Part shown: one piece after another, positions 23,834-37,672 of the stretch
How positions within the stretch are numbered: position 1 is the stretch's first letter
Layout of the letters: each line of letters begins with the position of its first letter
NCBI GenBank assembly: GCA_002189035.1
Contig: NEEC01000007.1
Coordinates: 868,001-932,000, forward strand
Direction of reading: 5' to 3'
Length of the DNA stretch: 64,000 nt
Source: Utricularia gibba
Taxonomy: Eukaryota > Plantae > Magnoliophyta
Position numbers and translations under genes: made by a program
Notes under the pieces: model-generated
What the model was told of the DNA's origin: nothing
Database searches by the model: none
Seen by the model: only the letters and a program-made list of their open reading frames with translations

Positions 23834-26800
23834 TATGATCCTCTAAAGAAATCAAACAAACCTACCCTCATAAACCAACGACCTGTGTTCTCCTGTCTAT
23901 GTTCACTGTGCCTGCAGTCTGCCCGCTATGGATGCAGCAGTTCACTGACTTTTGATAATGGCATTTCTGAGTCAATGTATTCCTATTGGTTTTTTTACCT
24001 CCAGAAACGCATAAATGCTGAAAACAATCAAACACAGTAACACAGATCTAAGCACTAAGCTAACCGACCACGACAAAAATCAAAATTTGTTGCTACCCAC
24101 CACTCCATCACTAACCCATTTGACAGTAGACAGACGCATGTTTCGTTTTCTGGGGTGGTGGTGATCAGTAAGTTTGTTGTATTGTACCTTAATCTCAGTG
24201 AAATTGAACTGACAAACGCATCCCCACCAACGTCTGCGCGGAGCTCTACTGTCCCTGCAAATTTCGTCCATTTGTCTGTGTATTCTATTCAACCTCACTG
24301 TCCTTAGAAGCGAGCAGTGCCCACCACCTTGCCAAACAGTACCCCTCTGCAAGAGACACAGCAGGCAAAGGGTATTTATCCATCCCATATCGAGATAACC
24401 AAATCTCTTCCTGATGGAGATTGCATATTTGTCTGCAAACGGTTTTCCTTGCCGACCCTAGCAGACTAGAGAAGCTGTTTTTTTTTTTTTTTTTTTGCAT
24501 GCTAATTAAAATGAATATTAATCAAACATTAAATAAATAAATCTGCGAAAACAATTTTTGTACCTAAAATAAAAAATATTCGAAAATTTATCAACTCATC
24601 CTCTCACATGTGTAACCTCACTTCACTTCCAATAATTAAATAAAAACAAATGCTTTAAATATTATTGATATTTCGATCCAAAAATGAACAACTGCCACAA
24701 ATAAATACGACGTCGTCTTTGTGCTACGTTAGCTTATCTACTAATTGAAAAAAAACATGGGCCTAAGCCGGCCGCGTATGCCCGGCCCATCATGCCTTTT
24801 CACGGTGGGCCTGCGGTATAGTGTTCTACAATAGTGTATTCATTTAATATTAAAGGCGAATTAATTAGGTTTGATTGGATTAGCCCCGGCTCGCCTGTAT
24901 GGCCGGAAATGAAGAGGATTGGATTGAATTAAACTAATTAATTGAAAAAAAGATTAAAAAAATTAAAATGAAAATCGTATTCGATTGAAAAAATATGATT
25001 AAAACTATATTCAGATATTTTTAAAATTTGGTTTTCCATGGCACCTAGAGGTGGTTTGATACTAAAATATTGATATATTTAGATATAATGTAATTGAGTA
25101 TATTCATATATACTTAATTATATATAACGTTTAATATCTAAGAATATAAATCCGAGTATATAAGTAATATACATATAATTAGTCATCTCCTCCATTTATA
25201 TATATCAATCACATACTTAAAAAAGTAGCACATAAGTGATATAATCATACAAGATTGATATACATATATTAATTAATTAAACGATAATACATATTTAAAC
25301 TTGAATATAAACTTTCTATACTCTCTTATCAAACGCTTTATTAGGAGGAAGGCTACCATGGGAATGTCGTCCGAAGGGAGTGTTGGTCGATGTTCAAAAA
25401 CCGACTACTGGTCTTCAATTTGGAGCTGGGATCAAATTGAAAACGCACCAAACGCACTCATAGTGGTGCATTCATATTTGATGCCCTAGCCGTAGTAGGT
25501 CACATTTGAAACCATAGATCAATTCCTTAGGTGGAATTAAATTAGGGTTATTATAGTCGAAGCTTCATTGTCTCCGTGGGCGCACGCAATCAATGAGTAT
25601 ATATGTGGGTATTAAATAAAACATTTAATATTTAGGAATCATGCTACTCGCATTTGGATGAATTAAAAAAATGACTATACATTATAGATTGTGTTAAAAA
25701 ATAACCGGGAAAAAATTTATAATTTTTTTAACTCAATGTGTAAGAGAGCCACTTTTCTAAAATGACCTCTTACATTTTTGGAAATTAATTCTAACAAAAT
25801 ATAAATTATGTTTCTACAAATTTTTATAGATTTCTATTCTTTACTTGTATTTGATAACATCTATTTATAGAAGGGTGTTATTTGAAACACATACTTCATT
25901 TTCAGCATATCAAATTATGGAGGATTCTTTACTCCACACCTGAGGTGGATAGCACTATAATTACACTTGATGCATCATATTGAATGCTTCCCCAGTGGGC
26001 AATAATCAAACATGTGTGGTGAGCATGGGATGGGCTTTCAATTGGAGTTTACAAATATCTAAAGCATGGTTTTACAAGTAGAAATTATTGGGACAGGAAA
26101 CTTCTTTTTCATTCAAAGGACATTCATTTACATGTAAATAAACTAAGGTTGAGTTTGGGATCTCCAAAGCTCTTAAGGTTTTCAAATGCGGAATAACTAA
26201 AATAACGTAACTCAATTCAATTGCAAATTGGACTCACTAACCTATGTTGTAAACTAATGTTTCATGGTTTATCGCGATGGTTATTATTAATTATTTTGAT
26301 TGTCAAACGATGATAATAAAAACAATTATTTAGGCACAACTTCCAATTGATTTATCTTAAATTGTGCGGGACAAAACTTTAAAAGGATTCGATGTCACGT
26401 GTGCTCGCTTCTCTTTTAGTATAGCATAGAATACAATAATTGATTGTGTACCAAAAAACATCATTATTACAACGTACTTACGAACAACATGATAATTAAA
26501 CTAGGGGTGTCCACATTGTATAAGTAAAAAAAAAAAAATTATATTGTATTTCCACCAAGATGCAACCTTATCTAATGTTAAATAAGATACCATTTTTATC
26601 TTACCCATATTTAACCTAACGCTCAACCAATATTTTAAAAAATCACAATTGAATAATCGTTCTTAAAATAATAAAAATAAACCGTATTTCAATATTTTTT
26701 TAAAACAAAGATTCAACCACCATATAGCCGTTCGAGAGGTTTACCATTTTTTTTTTTTTGTGATTTGAAACATGTTTCTCCACCACACCCTTTTCTCTTT

Positions 26801-27245
26801 GCTCCAATTTGGAGGTATGCAACAAGTATAATGACTTGGATATTCTTTATTTGAGTTAATTAGAAAATTGGTCATTCGTAAATTTTTTCATATATTAAAT
26901 TAAAAATTTTATAATAGAGATGACTCATTTTCTCATATATTAATGAAATGATTGTCAAATTTCTAATATACCCCCTAAATGTTATGATACGAGAGATGAC
27001 AAGAAGAGATGCGTAAAAGAAGTGCGTCGAGGGAGGTGCAGGTGCAGCCGTAGGTGGCTACAGGGTAGTTGTTTGGTTGATCTTGAAGTCCTCTTTTAAT
27101 TCTACAGCTGTAAATGCTATAAATTACATGCACCTATATGATTAAATAAGTCCACAATTATGCAACTACCACTCCTCTTTTATTTTCCTTGGTGCCTCCT
27201 CTTCATAACGCTGCTGTCTCTTCCTCTTCCTCTCTTCATGACTCC

Positions 27246-28846
27246 ATGGCGTCATCTTTACAAGACGGCCCTCCAAATCCTTCCTTCGCCATCAGGGGAC
27301 CCAAACCCCTCTTCCCGCGAAGCCTGTCCACCAAAGAGTGGCCGCGCCCCGACACGCTCTGCCTCCCCCTGCCCCCGCGTCTAAGCGCCAACGCCGCCGC
27401 CACCCTTTCACTGCAGGAGCACGACTTCCACGCACCGCCCACCCCGCGCCTGAGCTTCACCCCCGAGACCTCCAACGGGGACTGCGGGGACGCCGTCGAG
27501 TACTACCGGTGCGTCTCCTCCGTGCTGAAGAAGGACGGCCAGGTTCTCTGCGTCGCCGCGTCGAATGGGATCGTGTACACGGGCTCTCAGAGCAACGTCA
27601 TTCGCGTTTGGAAGTTGCCGGAGTTTGCGGAGTTGGGGCAGATTAAGACGAAGGCTTGCATTGTGGTCGCTTTGCAGGTTGACAACGATAAGGTCTACGC
27701 CGCGTACGCGGATTGCAAGATTCGGGTCTGGCGGCGGACTAGTGACGACGGCGTGCGACACCTCAGAATCGGAACCCTTCCCACGGCGGCCAGCTTCTTC
27801 CGGGGTTACATCGGCGGCAGGGATCGAATGGTAATTTCCCTATCTAACTTGGTCACATTTTTACTTGATAAAAGGTTATTATCAGAAAGAACAGTGTGCC
27901 ACCATGGCGCGAGGAGACAACTTGAGTGCTGTCCTACAGGGTAGGACGGTAATTTCATATAGTTACTTTATTGGGCATGGTATGACATTATGTGAATTGG
28001 GCCTCGTGACTCGGGGAGAGAATCAATATGCGCTACCCTACAGGGGTACTATAGTAACTTCACTCAGTTGTTGGCCTAGCTTTGGCATAATATGCGTAGT
28101 AGTTACTACTAACGTACGAGTTTCTGTACTCATTTTCAGATCAAACATTTGGGACCGATATCATGCCTAGCAATTAACGCGGCGGAGGACATTTTGTACT
28201 CATCTTCGTTCGACAGAACGGTTAAGGTGTGGCGGGTGTCTGATTTCTGCTGCATCGAGACGATCCAGGCGCACACCGAGCCCATAAACGCCGTCGCGGT
28301 ATCGGAGGACGGGGTGCTCTACACCGCCTCCGACGACGCCACCGTTCGGGTGTGGCGGAGGAACTTTTGCTCAGGGGGCAGGGCGCATTCCCTCACCATT
28401 ACCCTGCCACGAAATACTCCCCCGTGAAAACACTCGCTTTGACTTCCGACGCCGCCGTGCTCTACGGCGGCTGCAGCGACGGGTACGTCCATTACTGGCT
28501 CAAAAGCTGGTTCTCCGGCCAGCTGCAATACGGCGGCGCGTTGGCGGGGCACACGCACGCCGTGCTCTGCCTGTCGACGGTGTCAAATTACGTGGTGAGT
28601 GGCTCCGCGGATTTGACGAGTAGAGTTTGGTCGAGGAGGATGGATGGGATTCACAGCTGTGTCGCAGTGTTGAGGGGCCACCGTGGACCAGTGCGGTGCG
28701 TCGCGGCGGTGCCATTTTCCGAGGAAATGGGAGACGAGAGCTTCACTTTCTGCACCGGAAGTTTAGACGGCGTGGTCAAGGTGTGGAGGATTAGGAACAC
28801 GGCGACCCAACAAAGTGTTGGCCAACACAAGTCCGGCGAGTACTGA
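27246..28846 (+). CDS. WD40-repeat protein (JINGUBANG-like), with a 1-nt frameshift near 28408
   Basis: Exon 1 27246-27830, exon 2 from 28140. WD repeats (LYSSSFDRTVKVW, LYTASDDATVRVW, VSGSADLTSRVW, CTGSLDGVVKVW) are split over two frames at TLP|TKYSPVKTL. Confidence 0.85.
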
Positions 28847-31019
28847 GGTCTGCAAATGGACCTTCAGCAACGTTGTGGTATTTACACTGTCATATTAGAA
28901 CAATCCAAGACGGTAATAACACCTTGTTAACTACGTAAACAAAGAAATTGCTATTTTAATTTATTCGATAAGTATGATTAATTTATATAAAATTAAATGA
29001 TTTAGTTAGATAAGAGTATATTTATAGAATGGAATTAAAAATTAACGTATGCTTTGACATAAAGGAAACTTTGGAAAAGAGCCCTTATTTTTATATTGTA
29101 CCATAATATAGACCCGGGCCTGTCTTAAAAGAGCCCAGAAGGCCCACTAGACCCGGACATCAAATAGCAGCTGCAACGCAGTAACCTGTATCATATAATG
29201 CACAATAATCAAAATCATAATTAACATAATTAAATTTATTATTATTATTATTATTATTATTACAAATATTTGTTGTTACTCACTCACCCATAACATAAAA
29301 CATTTATACTCAATACAGTACAAAATAAAATATTAATAAAACCTTTTTCAGCATAAAGGCTTTTTTTTGTTTTTACTTTAAATTTGTATGATAGAGGGGA
29401 CAATTTTGATAAGAATTTGTAAAGTAGTCCATGATTACACAACGACTCAGAGAAAAATTCAGCACGTGAGAAACGTGCTCCACCTAAATCACGCGGTCAT
29501 GTCCCAAATTGCTAACGTGGGCGTGTAATAGGAAATTATAATCTTACCCCTGATACAAGAGTCCCGGTTCTGACGCGAACCCGGCTTGTAATAGAAATAA
29601 AACGAACCAAATATATGTTTTTTTAATTAAAACATATTACACACATGTCCGTACGCAAATATATCGTTTCGGACATCATATATAAATGAAACATGTTAAA
29701 AAAAAAAAAAGCAAACTTATCTCAGTACGGAAACATCGGCTGTGTGTATATTTAAAACAAAAAGGCACTCTGCTTCCCCTCGATGGCGCAATTTATCTGC
29801 CCGAGTGGCTGCAGCCTCGGCGGCGGTCGGTGGTTGACGAGTACTTTTCAGGCCAGTCGGGTGGTGGTAGCCGGTGGGGAGTTCGAATTGCACCACGATA
29901 AGGCTTGGCGCGACCATGCGTTCTCTCTCATGTACCTAAACAAAAATTTTATGCACACATTGATCGTTTTTTTCAAATAATATATGATGCGTGGCTACTT
30001 TCGTAATTCACGCATGAGAATATTAATTGATTGACATAATTACATTTAGGTTAAGACAAGTAGTGTTAGACCAGGAGGAGATTTCGGGAATATTGTTTTT
30101 GGGGTTAGAAATTTTGATGAAATTTAAAATATGATCATATAGAACGATGTTGGTCCACGTATCCATTTGGGCAGGCGCATTGGCAAGCACCCCGTCATTC
30201 ATTAGTGAAGTGACTGTGTACACGTGTTACCCAACTCGGCTGCACTGTGGCTATATATATATGAAGAAAATACAAGCTTTACAATGACGTTTCTATCCCA
30301 ATCGTCGATCGCTGTGTAGGTAGAGTTGGTTAGAGGATACGAGGATAAACGGGTAATTAACCTGCCCAACAATGGTGATCCCTACATTCAACAATCTATC
30401 ACGTTGTGTTTTCAAACTTTTCGGCAGGAGGAGAGAATAGAAGAGCACTCCATGGCTGAATTACCGGCTGGATTTATTGTGAGAGGTAAAAAACATTGAA
30501 CAAAGTCGTCCAATAAGATGCAAGCAGTCTTCATTCAGGCGCCGTACAAACAAGCTGTGTTCTGCAAATTGCACAGTTGCTTCGGACCCTCTGGAGCTGT
30601 CCAGAAACGCAAATGTCTCCAATCAAAACGGCACTGATTTAAAAATGCTTGTCCTTCTCTCTCAGTTCTTGTCTTGATGTCACTGGTTCTGCTGCTGGTT
30701 TATGAGGCTTTCAGGGCGAATGCGTGTTTCATTACTTGGGGTGGTAATAAGGTGATGGATAATAGGAATGCGAATCCCGACGAATGAAGCTGAAACTGCT
30801 GCGTCGTGTCTGAATTGGAATGGAAGGGATGAAGCTAATATGCGCCACTCAGATACTGTAAATCTTATGGAGCTTCGCCATGTACGATTTTTTTGTTATT
30901 TTTGTGCATGAACATGAAATGGACACATCACCACCACATGTGCTTATATTATTAGTATCAGTTCTTCACACTCCATGTACAAGCAGTTCGTCTCGTCATA
31001 TAAATCTCTTTCCAACACA

Positions 31020-31664
31020 ATGGATGAGCGGCCGTGGATTCTGGGCGCCGGGGAGAGTATGGCGGGAAAAGTTACCGGGAGAAAATCGGGTTACCGGGGC
31101 GCGAGAATGAGGGTATGGGGAAAATGGGTGTCCGAGATCCGTCTCCCCAAGAAGAAGACGCGGGTGTGGCTGGGGACCTACCCTACGGAGGAGATGGCGG
31201 CGCGTGCACACGACGTGGGCGCGTTAGCCTTCAAGGGGAAATCAGCGGTTCTCAACTTCCCCCATCTCAGGGACTCTCTCCCTCGCCCAGCGTCTCTTTC
31301 TCCCAGAGACGTCCAGGCGGCGGCGGCGAAGGCGGCGGCGATGGGAGGAAGAGTGGTGCTAGGCTCTGCGCCTGATCCAGTCATGAATTCGGCCCCACCT
31401 TCTCCGCCGAGCTGGGCGCCAAACGATGCCGATTTAGAGACTGATCTCGGGGAGATAACTGATCTACCCTGCCTGGAGAGCAGCTACCATGAATCCACCA
31501 GCAGCTTCGACAACTTCGACGCGGCGGAGGAATGGATCCCCTGGGGCGCGGAGGATGACTTTTCCGATCGAGTAGGAACTGGTGTCATTATGATTAACAG
31601 CACATTCACCTTCGGGGTGAATGGATCGGATACCACATCCTTTCCACAGGTAGATTATGATTAA
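31020..31664 (+). CDS. AP2/ERF transcription factor, DREB A-4 (TINY-like), intronless
   Basis: [42 protein letters not shown]...LNFP plus the A-4 motif [13 protein letters not shown]. The start could be 31020 or 31059. Confidence 0.9.
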   Translation: MDERPWILGAGESMAGKVTGRKSGYRGARMRVWGKWVSEIRLPKKKTRVWLGTYPTEEMAARAHDVGALAFKGKSAVLNFPHLRDSLPRPASLSPRDVQAAAAKAAAMGGRVVLGSAPDPVMNSAPPSPPSWAPNDADLETDLGEITDLPCLESSYHESTSSFDNFDAAEEWIPWGAEDDFSDRVGTGVIMINSTFTFGVNGSDTTSFPQVDYD

Positions 31665-31720
31665 CAGCACATTCACCTTCGGGGTGAATGGATCGGATAC
31701 CACATCCTTTCCACAGGTAG
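31587..31720 (+). repeat. Exact 67-bp tandem duplication overlapping the DREB stop codon
   Basis: attatgattaacagcacattcaccttcggggtgaatggatcggataccacatcctttccacaggtag occurs at 31587-31653 and 31654-31720. Confidence 0.97.
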
Positions 31721-33894
31721 CCCCCAATCCTTATTCACTGACACGACCCACCAACTAAACCTTTCGAACATCATAACAAAAGAAAATCAATCACACATAC
31801 GACAGAAAACATTTTATTCACAATCTCGTTCTTAGTCTTTGGTAATCAATTTTGCGTCATCATAAGATGCACATCATAACCATTTTTTTTTTCTCTCTTT
31901 CTGCAGAACGAATAAGGAGATCAAAGATGCCACCGTGAGGCTGTCGCCCCATGAAGGAAGTGCAGCTCCTTGCTTTGCCTTTTAAAGCAAAGTACTATGG
32001 TGTTCTCCAAAAGAAAAAAAAAAAGAAGCACTTTACTTCCTTTATTTCTCATGTGCCTCTTTACAGGAGGAATTCAAAAATCAAATTCCAAGGAAACCAA
32101 CAAAGACGATCCATTTGACAGTAAAATCCATTAGATCGAGCATCTAGTTACATTAATCATACCCACACTTTAAATTCAATTAATTTGGTTTTAAAAATAC
32201 TTATAAGTTACATTAAAATAGGTTTCAAATTAAGAATAATTTGTGTTCTACGAGGAAACTATTACTACTTTTCAAGAATTAACAATAAGTTCCGCAACTT
32301 TCAGAGTGCATGGTTTTCAAGATCGATTAATTTTTACTTGATGATTAGCTAATATATTTCCGATCACAAAAAGCAAACTTCCGACAAGAAACCACGTCAA
32401 TCGGAGCGGGCATTAATGGTGAAAGAGAGTCGGTACGAAAGCGGGGTGCGTCTGAGATTTTTTTAAAGCAGCATCACCAACACTGTCTGATTTCCAAACA
32501 AAACCAATTTTCAATCCAGAAACCCAAGTCTCCCAAGAGTTCCACTTCGTCGTTACAAACCCAATCAACCATTTTTGGTTAGAAATCAACCGGGGTGAAT
32601 GTTCATTTCTAACACCAGAGTTATGCAAACTGCGGTCTCCTTGTTCAATGCATCAGCTGGCTTCTGAGTCAGCTGCCGGCCCTCAAACATGTTTGCCTTC
32701 GTTTCACTGAGAAACAGCCTCTGAGTTGGACCCGACACCAAGCCACCAAGTTAATGATTCTTATTAAATTAAGGAGATGAGAGTCTACACAAGTGGTTGT
32801 AATCAGCAACTTTTTCATCCCAAAAACACCATGGTCAGTGTCTAATACCGGGGTTCAGACGAGTGCCCCTCAACTGGTTTACTAGATTAGGGTTTCTAGA
32901 TCCCATACTTGGATTATGCTGAAATCATATCGGATTATGACCCATTTCACGATTCATACTTTACGAATATCATATAAAAATGCCACCATTCTCATTTTAT
33001 TTATCACATGCTATAATAACAAATTAATATAAAAAATGGTCAATTTTATTTGTAATTATGATGGTACATGAGCCTCACGTCATTTAGAAAAATGACCACA
33101 CACATATTATATTTTAAACACTAAAACAATGTTATGTAAAATTTTTGAAACATGTTTTTACTTTTCAAATTTATTTTTTAAAAAATAAAAATAAAAAATA
33201 AAAGTAATCAACTTATTACTTTTTCAAAAATAAATTTTGTAGTATTAAAATTATTCTAGAACAAAACTGTTTTTATTTATGAAAAATAAAAATATGTTAT
33301 AAAAAATTTTAAGAACATTCATTAAATTAAAAAAATTACATTATTAAGGGTCAATTTTATTACACAATATCTCACACACTGGAATAGTGTACTTCGACTT
33401 GTACAATTTTCATCCACGGAAATAGCATCAAATGGATTAAGACAAGAATAGGATTTAAAATCAGCAAGGTCCAAGAGGGCCACGTTGCAACAAATTATTA
33501 CGGGGTCCCTGTCCCCATGGGAGCAGTAGACCCTGTCTCAATGAACACTCAATAATTGCCCAAGTTGTACGTCACTCGAACCCCTCCTTTTATTTAAAGC
33601 GTCGCTTTCCACCGCACACGTTGAGATTCTAACGTACGCTGCTTTACAAAATACTGCATGCAATTCCATGTTTTTTTTCCATTCAAATAATTTAAAAATA
33701 AAAAAGGTTCAATTATTGTTTTAGTGATTTGTGGCCCATACATAATGGGCCGAGTCGCATTCAAAGCCCAATTATAGGCCCATTTATGCGGTTTGGACGT
33801 CTGTGAACCATAGATTACCTTCCATATAGAGATGACATTAATCTGTAAACGCAGATGAAGTGGGTTGAGGGTGAAACTGAGTTTCGGAACATGT

Positions 33895-34474
33895 TCATGG
33901 CAGCAATAAAAGAAGACCCAGGATGGTGTACTCCTGCAGGGATGGAAGAGATCCGGCACTCGACGGCGACGGTTGCGGTGGGTATGGATCACGGTGCTTT
34001 GACATCACCTCCACCATCAATCTCTGCCCATTTCTGCACCTCTCCTCGTCTCCACTGACGAAATACGCCGGTCCGGGCTGGTCCAAAATGATGACAGTCC
34101 TCCCGTCGTGGAAAACAGAGATGGGGTGGCTCGAGTTGCAGTGATAGTATCCCACTTTGTCCACCACTTCCACAGAATCGTTGCTGTACTTGAAGCCTGA
34201 AGAATGACATGACAATTTTCTTTTGGTAGAATTACTGCGAAAATGAGTGTGATGCAGTAAAAGGGAATAATGGTGATCGCTTACTAAGGGAATCCCCGAC
34301 GTGGAATCTCTTGCTTGAGGCCCACCGTGAGTACATTTCACCATCCTGCGGGGGAGGAAGTCGCCACCCGTCGCTGCCCCCGACCTCGATTTCCTTCGCT
34401 GCGACGGCGGCTGTCATGCAGGCGATGACCATAGCAAGGATGCAGGAGGAAAGAGTCTTACGAGGAAAAGCCAT
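33895..34474 (-). CDS. Early nodulin-like (ENODL) phytocyanin-domain protein
   Basis: Exons 34474-34285 and 34196-33895. Signal peptide, VGGSDGW...WASSKRFHVGDSL, YYHCN...FVSG...CRNGQRL, Pro/Ser stalk and hydrophobic GPI-like tail. Confidence 0.9.
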
Positions 34475-34774
34475 AACATGTGTTCTAATTTCCTCTCGGG
34501 ATATGGATGGAGTTTAAATGTATCTCAGTGACGAAGTGGGGCGAAGTGGTTATTAGCGGTTCAAAGATCGTGGGTTCCGGAAAACCTTCAGAGCCATAGT
34601 TGGGCTGTTGACATCCATTCGATTGGGCTTTGGAAATTCCTAAGCCCATTGAAGAGTACATTCTTGTTTGACATTGAACTCGAGCTCTGCAGTTGGAATA
34701 CAAATTATGTGAAATCCCTCTGAAAACTCTCGGCGAGGGAAAAAATAAAGTCACAGATTCATATGATGGATTCT

Positions 34775-36087
34775 TCAGACTCCAAACATCAAGTCCATGA
34801 CCTTGGACACCAGCGACCTTGCTGGTGTAGCAATGGTTCCGGAAGGCTGCTTCAGACTGGAAGCGCTGGTTTGGATGTATGCCGGACTAAGAGAAGCTTT
34901 AAAACCATTGGATTCAAAACCTGCCGGTGGTGGTAGTGGCAAGAACTCCGGGCTGTTGAGTCTTGAATCCAGTGCTTGTCGTTGCATCGGATCCACAGGC
35001 TTCACGCCGATGATGAGAACCCCGTTTAAGTCCATGCCATTTTTGCCTAATGCTTTGTGGGCATCGGATCGGTGCTGAAATCAAGCAGGTGGTGTTGGTG
35101 AATAATTAATGGGTCTGAGGATAAGAATCATGGAACAAGGAAAAGAAGGGAAGAAAAAGCTAACCTGATATAGAATGTGCATCCAATTCGCACTTCCTGG
35201 ACCAGGAACGTGTCTTAGGATCACCCCGCATTTTTCAAACTCCCGTAAAACAAGATTCGTGTCGGCTGGTGAAAATCTGAAGAGGAAATTTGACAGAAAA
35301 ATGCTTAGAAACAGAGAAAATGCTGGAACGTGTCATGATGGCATAGGTCCATCGGCACCAATTTTCATCAATGCAATCACAACCTCACAATATTATATAT
35401 GTGGTATCCTAGCGAAAAAGAACGTAGATGATTGATATCTTAGAGAGTCAAAAAATTATGGCACAGTATCGAGGGGATTGAACATGCATACCCGTAAACA
35501 GTAACCCATTCCTCTTCATCCGGCCCTCCAATAGGTGGGAAGCTTTTCTTTAATTCAGGCCGTGCAACCTCCCTCGGTCGAGGAACAGTTATGAGCGCAC
35601 CAGGCTGAACAACACCTTCAACAGGTGACCCTTTTCCCCTATCATCTGAATCTGCACTGCCACGACTCTTAGCAGGTGTCCATAAGCTTGAATTCAACAA
35701 AGGACTTTGTTGGGACTGCTGTAATGGCGTCTTAGTTGAGCCATCATAAGAAGAGGTTGCATCCGTCTTGCCTCTAGGAGTTGAATGTTGCCTACTAAAA
35801 CTTGATATTGGAGTCCTCGGATCCGACTTGATATCAGGTGACACTGGATGCGCCGGAATCCCCATTTCTGGGGAAGCCTGAATCTTATCATCCAGGGTAA
35901 AGACTGGAGGGGGAGGAAGATCAGAACTAGCAAAGTTTTCACGCCACATAGCTGAAACAGCAGCTGCCTGCCCTGGTGTACTAAACTTCCCGCCAGTTCG
36001 ACGAGGTGAGATGGGTGATGCTAAATCTTGATAAAATAATGATTTCCTCCCCACAGATCGAGGCAATTTCTTGATGTCAGACTGCAT
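34775..36087 (-). CDS. NUP35: Nuclear pore complex protein NUP35
   Basis: Exons 36087-35492, 35276-35165 and 35074-34775. QDLASP, GQAAAVSAMWRENF, EEEWVTVYGFSP...FEKCG...NWMHILYQ (MPPN RRM), C-terminal MDLMFGV. Confidence 0.95.
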
Positions 36088-36417
36088 TCTCTTTATCCTG
36101 GTTGGTACCTGCATTTTTAAGTGATACGTTACACTATTATCCAACCAATCGTCAAACTATCACCAAGTGAGCACAAGTCAGAGGCGCACTATCGTCAATC
36201 AATCGTATTCACATGCAACCATTCAAAATTACTATCCCCAGACAGCTAAACGCGGTGTAAAATCACAATATATGCAGCGGTTCAACCACATCACAAAATG
36301 AGTAAGATGAAAACAACACAACACAACTACGTTACAAGCTACTAAGAATATCAGGATACCTTATGATCAACTGTATCGTCACAAGCTCTCAGATTAAGCA
36401 AAAGGATATGAAGAATG

Positions 36418-36725
36418 AAACCCTAATTTCGCGGTATCCCACCCCCGAACAACCTCCTCTAGTTTCAAATCAGTGCCAAGAATAGCACCAACAATTCCGA
36501 ATACCTTACAATCAACTATATCTCCCAATCTCTCCAGTTGAAGCGACAAACCCTATTTTCCCGGAATCTCATCCCTCTGGTTTCAAATCAGAGAAAACGA
36601 ACCGGCGTGGTAAATAGTGCACGCTTAGGTATCGGGCCTTCCCTCTGGGCCGGGCCACTCCAATTTTGAAGCCGCTCAAAACATTACCACCCGGCCCATA
36701 CCCAAACAGCCCAAACTGGGCCCAA
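36418..36725. promoter_or_regulatory. Telo-box plus site II (TGGGCC/GGCCCA) cluster upstream of NUP35
   Basis: AAACCCTAA at 36418-36426 and several TGGGCC/GGCCCA motifs at about 36646-36725. This pairing is known from promoters of plant housekeeping and proliferation genes. Confidence 0.55.
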
Positions 36726-37672
36726 TTAAATCATGAATAGAAATGAGCATACTATATACAAAGTTCAAGACTTTAACCAATACCCATATCAGATACGATC
36801 CAAACCATATGATTATACAAAAAAACGCCGTAACGAGGGGCGATGGTCATCCATCCCATCATCAATAATATGAGCATGAGATGATGGGGCATACCATCGA
36901 GACAATCAGAGGAACATACGTGCATGTGTTAGGAGGGGGGAGAAATGACGAGGAGATGGAGACAAGATGAGAATAGCATTTGAAAGTGGCCGAGGGGCAT
37001 ACGCGAGAGCAAGATGCCATCCCCAGACAGGAGCAGCATACTCACAATCACCCATGTGCTCCTCCTCCCCACCTCCACATGCCCCTTTCTCTATACAAAC
37101 TTAAATGCTTTTCACCTAACCCTGATTAATTACCACTGTAAATTCTCCCTTTTTTTTACCTCCCGACAAAACCCGTAGCCCCTCACGTCATACCCCGACC
37201 CGTTGGCGTCCATGCATGCATGTAGAGTACCATTATTTACATGATCGCATAGGAGGAGGAATGTACCAGGCACAAGTACAATGTCCCATGTGCATTATGG
37301 ATGGGTGCATCCGATACATGATGACATGTATGTATGTGGGATGAATCGGATGGTCAATGGGGGTAAGGATTTGGCTACGCCTTTAAAGGGTGAACGACAA
37401 AGTGGACAACTCATCTCTGTGGCTCATGCTCGTAGACATCAACATGATGGACTTTTTTTAAAAAAATGATTATAAAAAAATACAAAAAATGGTTTGGGGA
37501 GAAAAGCACGTAATAGAGAGAGATTGTACGGTTTAATTTATTGTTAAAGGGGAGGGGAAGAGTGAGAGGGAGAGGTGAGTTTTTGGCCCGTGCCCCATTT
37601 TTTTACTTATAAGAATGGGGGATGCTGGTTTGTTTTGCTGCGTCTTGATTGCTTGGTTGTCTTTCCTCTGTG

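Noticed and set aside
24080-24500. Minus-strand ORFs of 102 and 71 aa downstream of the Aux/IAA gene
   Set aside because: No recognisable domain, splice structure or consistent frame.
25046-25340. Possible Tourist MITE (…gtttgata / tatcaaac…)
   Set aside because: Only about 8 bp of terminal inverted match and no matching TSD.
30565-30640. Minus-strand peptide WTAPEGPKQLCN resembling a GATA finger (WRxGPxGPKTLCN)
   Set aside because: Lacks the first CxxC and the following ACG, has no ORF context, and is short enough to be chance.
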